Positions 11,045 to 12,671 of a DNA stretch of 12,671 bases are shown piece by piece. This DNA comes from Kofleriaceae bacterium (lineage in GTDB: Bacteria; Myxococcota_A; Polyangia; Haliangiales; Haliangiaceae). A program made the translations under genes and the position numbers. Each line of letters begins with the position of its first letter. Within the stretch, counting starts at the first letter, position 1. The notes under the pieces are model-generated. The model worked only from the letters and a program-made list of their open reading frames with translations, made no database searches and was not told where the DNA came from. The stretch covers positions 1 to 12,671 of the forward strand of contig JBKJLC010000091.1 of assembly GCA_046597055.1 (NCBI GenBank), read 5' to 3'.

Positions 11045-11061
11045 CTGAAAATTTGCGCAGT
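11045..11061. promoter_or_regulatory. LexA (SOS) box upstream of recN
   Basis: CTGAAAATTTGCGCAGT: CTG-N10-CAG, 14/17 match to the Myxococcus LexA consensus CTRHAMRYBYGTTCAGS as I recall it. AT-rich island in GC-rich DNA, 27 nt before the recN start. Confidence 0.75.
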
Positions 11062-11088
11062 GTCAGAGGTCGGGGTAAGAGTGGTCGC

Positions 11089-12671
11089 GTGCTGCGCCAC
11101 CTGCGCGTGACCAACTTCGCGATCCTGAGTGACGTGACCATCGAGCTCGGTGACGGCCTGTGCGTGCTGACCGGTGAGACCGGCGCCGGCAAGTCGCTCA
11201 TCGTCGAGGCGGTCAACCTGCTGCGCGGGGGGCGCGCGTCGGCCGACATCCCGCGCGCCGGGGCCAGCGAGGCGGTGGTCGAGGCGATCTTCGAGATTCC
11301 CGAGGACCTGCAGGCCCGGGTCCGCCGCGTGCTCACGACCGCCGGCTTGCCCACGGCGATCGCCAGCGACGAAACCGCCACCGCCGATGCCGACGCCCCG
11401 ATCGAGGTCGTGGTCCGGCGCGTGATCCAGCGCGGCGGGCGCAGCCGGACCTACGTCAATGGCGCGCTCACGACCGCGACCCGGCTGGCCGAGCTCGGCT
11501 CGTGGCTGGTCGATCTGTCCGGGCAGCACCAGCACCAGGGCCTGGTCGACCCGGCCCGCCACCGCGAGATCCTCGATGCATTCGCCGGGGACACCGCCGC
11601 GGTCGACGAGATGCACGCGGCCTGGGCGGCGCTGGCTGCCATCGACAGTCAGCTCGCCGAGCTCGGTGGCGACGAGCGCGCGCGCAGCGAGCGCGCCGAA
11701 TACCTGCGCTACCAGCTCGACGAGCTGGACGCCGCCCGGCTGGCCGCGGGCGAGGACGGCCGGCTCGAGGTCGAGCGCAGCCGCCTGGCTGCCGCCTCCG
11801 AGCTGGAGGCCGGGGCGCGGGCCGCGGTCGAGGCGGTCTACGGCGACGACGGCGCGGTCGACCGGCTGTCCGCCGCGGCGCGCGAGCTCGACAAGCTGGC
11901 GCGCATCGACGCGACCCTCGAGCCCCCGCTGCGGCAGATCCACGAGGCCCGGGTGCTGGCCGAGGACGCGGCCGGCGAGCTGCGCCACTACGCCGACCGG
12001 CTCGAGGGCGATCCCGAGCGGCTGGCCTGGGTCGACGACCGGCTCGAGCTGATCCGGCGGCTGTGCCGCAAGCACGGGGCGCGGCTCGACGAGGTGGTCA
12101 CCCGCGCCGGTGACCTGCGCGCCGAGCTCGACGGGCTCGACAACCGCGACGTCCGGCTCGAGGCGCTGACCGCGTCACGGGCCGCCGCCCGGGGGCGCGG
12201 CGAGCGCGCGGCCGCCGTGCTCACCCAGAGCCGCACCAAGGCGGCGACCCGGCTGGCGCGCGAGGTGGCGAAGGCGCTCGGCGAGCTCGGCATGGGCGCG
12301 GCGCGGCTGGAGGTGGCGATCGCCCGCCGCGAGCTGGGCCCGACCGGCGCCGACGACGTCGAGGTGTTGCTGCAGGCCAACAAGGGCGAGGAGCTGCGCC
12401 CGCTGGCCAAGGTCGCCTCGGGTGGCGAGCTGTCGCGCATCATGCTGGCGCTCAAGCTCGCGCTGCGCAAAGCCGACGAGGTCGCGACCTACGTGTTCGA
12501 CGAGGTCGACTCGGGCGTCGGCGGGGCCACCGCGCAGGCGGTCGGGGCGCTGATCCGCGCGGTGTCCGAGCAGCGCCAGGTGCTGTGCGTGACCCACCTG
12601 CCGCAGATCGCCGCCCAGGCCGACGGCCACTATCACGTCGAGAAGATCGAGGTCGCGGGCCGGACCGAGAC
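11089..12671 (+). CDS. recN: DNA repair protein RecN (3' end beyond window)
   Basis: Hand-translated from GTG 11089: [13 protein letters not shown]...[11 protein letters not shown] (Walker A), DLSGQHQHQ (Q-loop), coiled coil, [16 protein letters not shown] (signature), [12 protein letters not shown] (Walker B), [12 protein letters not shown]. All motifs are in one frame and no stop was seen. Confidence 0.98.
   Translation, partial: MLRHLRVTNFAILSDVTIELGDGLCVLTGETGAGKSLIVEAVNLLRGGRASADIPRAGASEAVVEAIFEIPEDLQARVRRVLTTAGLPTAIASDETATADADAPIEVVVRRVIQRGGRSRTYVNGALTTATRLAELGSWLVDLSGQHQHQGLVDPARHREILDAFAGDTAAVDEMHAAWAALAAIDSQLAELGGDERARSERAEYLRYQLDELDAARLAAGEDGRLEVERSRLAAASELEAGARAAVEAVYGDDGAVDRLSAAARELDKLARIDATLEPPLRQIHEARVLAEDAAGELRHYADRLEGDPERLAWVDDRLELIRRLCRKHGARLDEVVTRAGDLRAELDGLDNRDVRLEALTASRAAARGRGERAAAVLTQSRTKAATRLAREVAKALGELGMGAARLEVAIARRELGPTGADDVEVLLQANKGEELRPLAKVASGGELSRIMLALKLALRKADEVATYVFDEVDSGVGGATAQAVGALIRAVSEQRQVLCVTHLPQIAAQADGHYHVEKIEVAGRTE

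Noticed and set aside
10195..12075. 626-aa minus-strand ORF
   Set aside because: Antisense to nadK and recN, which have unambiguous motifs.

Overview
Very GC-rich chromosomal window that looks myxobacterial (Myxococcota-like; inferred from gene style, lipoproteins and a Myxococcus-type LexA box). In order: a sigma54-dependent response regulator (minus strand, broken at about position 107 by an inverted, ~94% identical copy of its own AAA+ segment) and its translationally coupled HAMP histidine kinase; a divergent 1106-aa AAA+ ATPase with a beta-propeller-like N-terminus and an Afp15/Pvc15-type C-terminus; a small lipoprotein behind a sigma54-type promoter; argC; two tandem exported paralogues with an identical 14-Cys, 3.5 x 19-aa repeat domain, each preceded by the same ECF-like promoter motif; a terminator and REP-like repeats; rpsI-rplM; nadK; and a LexA box followed by recN (runs off the 3' end). 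The most unusual elements are the Cys-repeat gene pair with its shared promoter, the propeller-fused orphan eCIS-type ATPase, and the inverted chimeric junction at the window start. No tRNA, rRNA, CRISPR array or transposase was seen.
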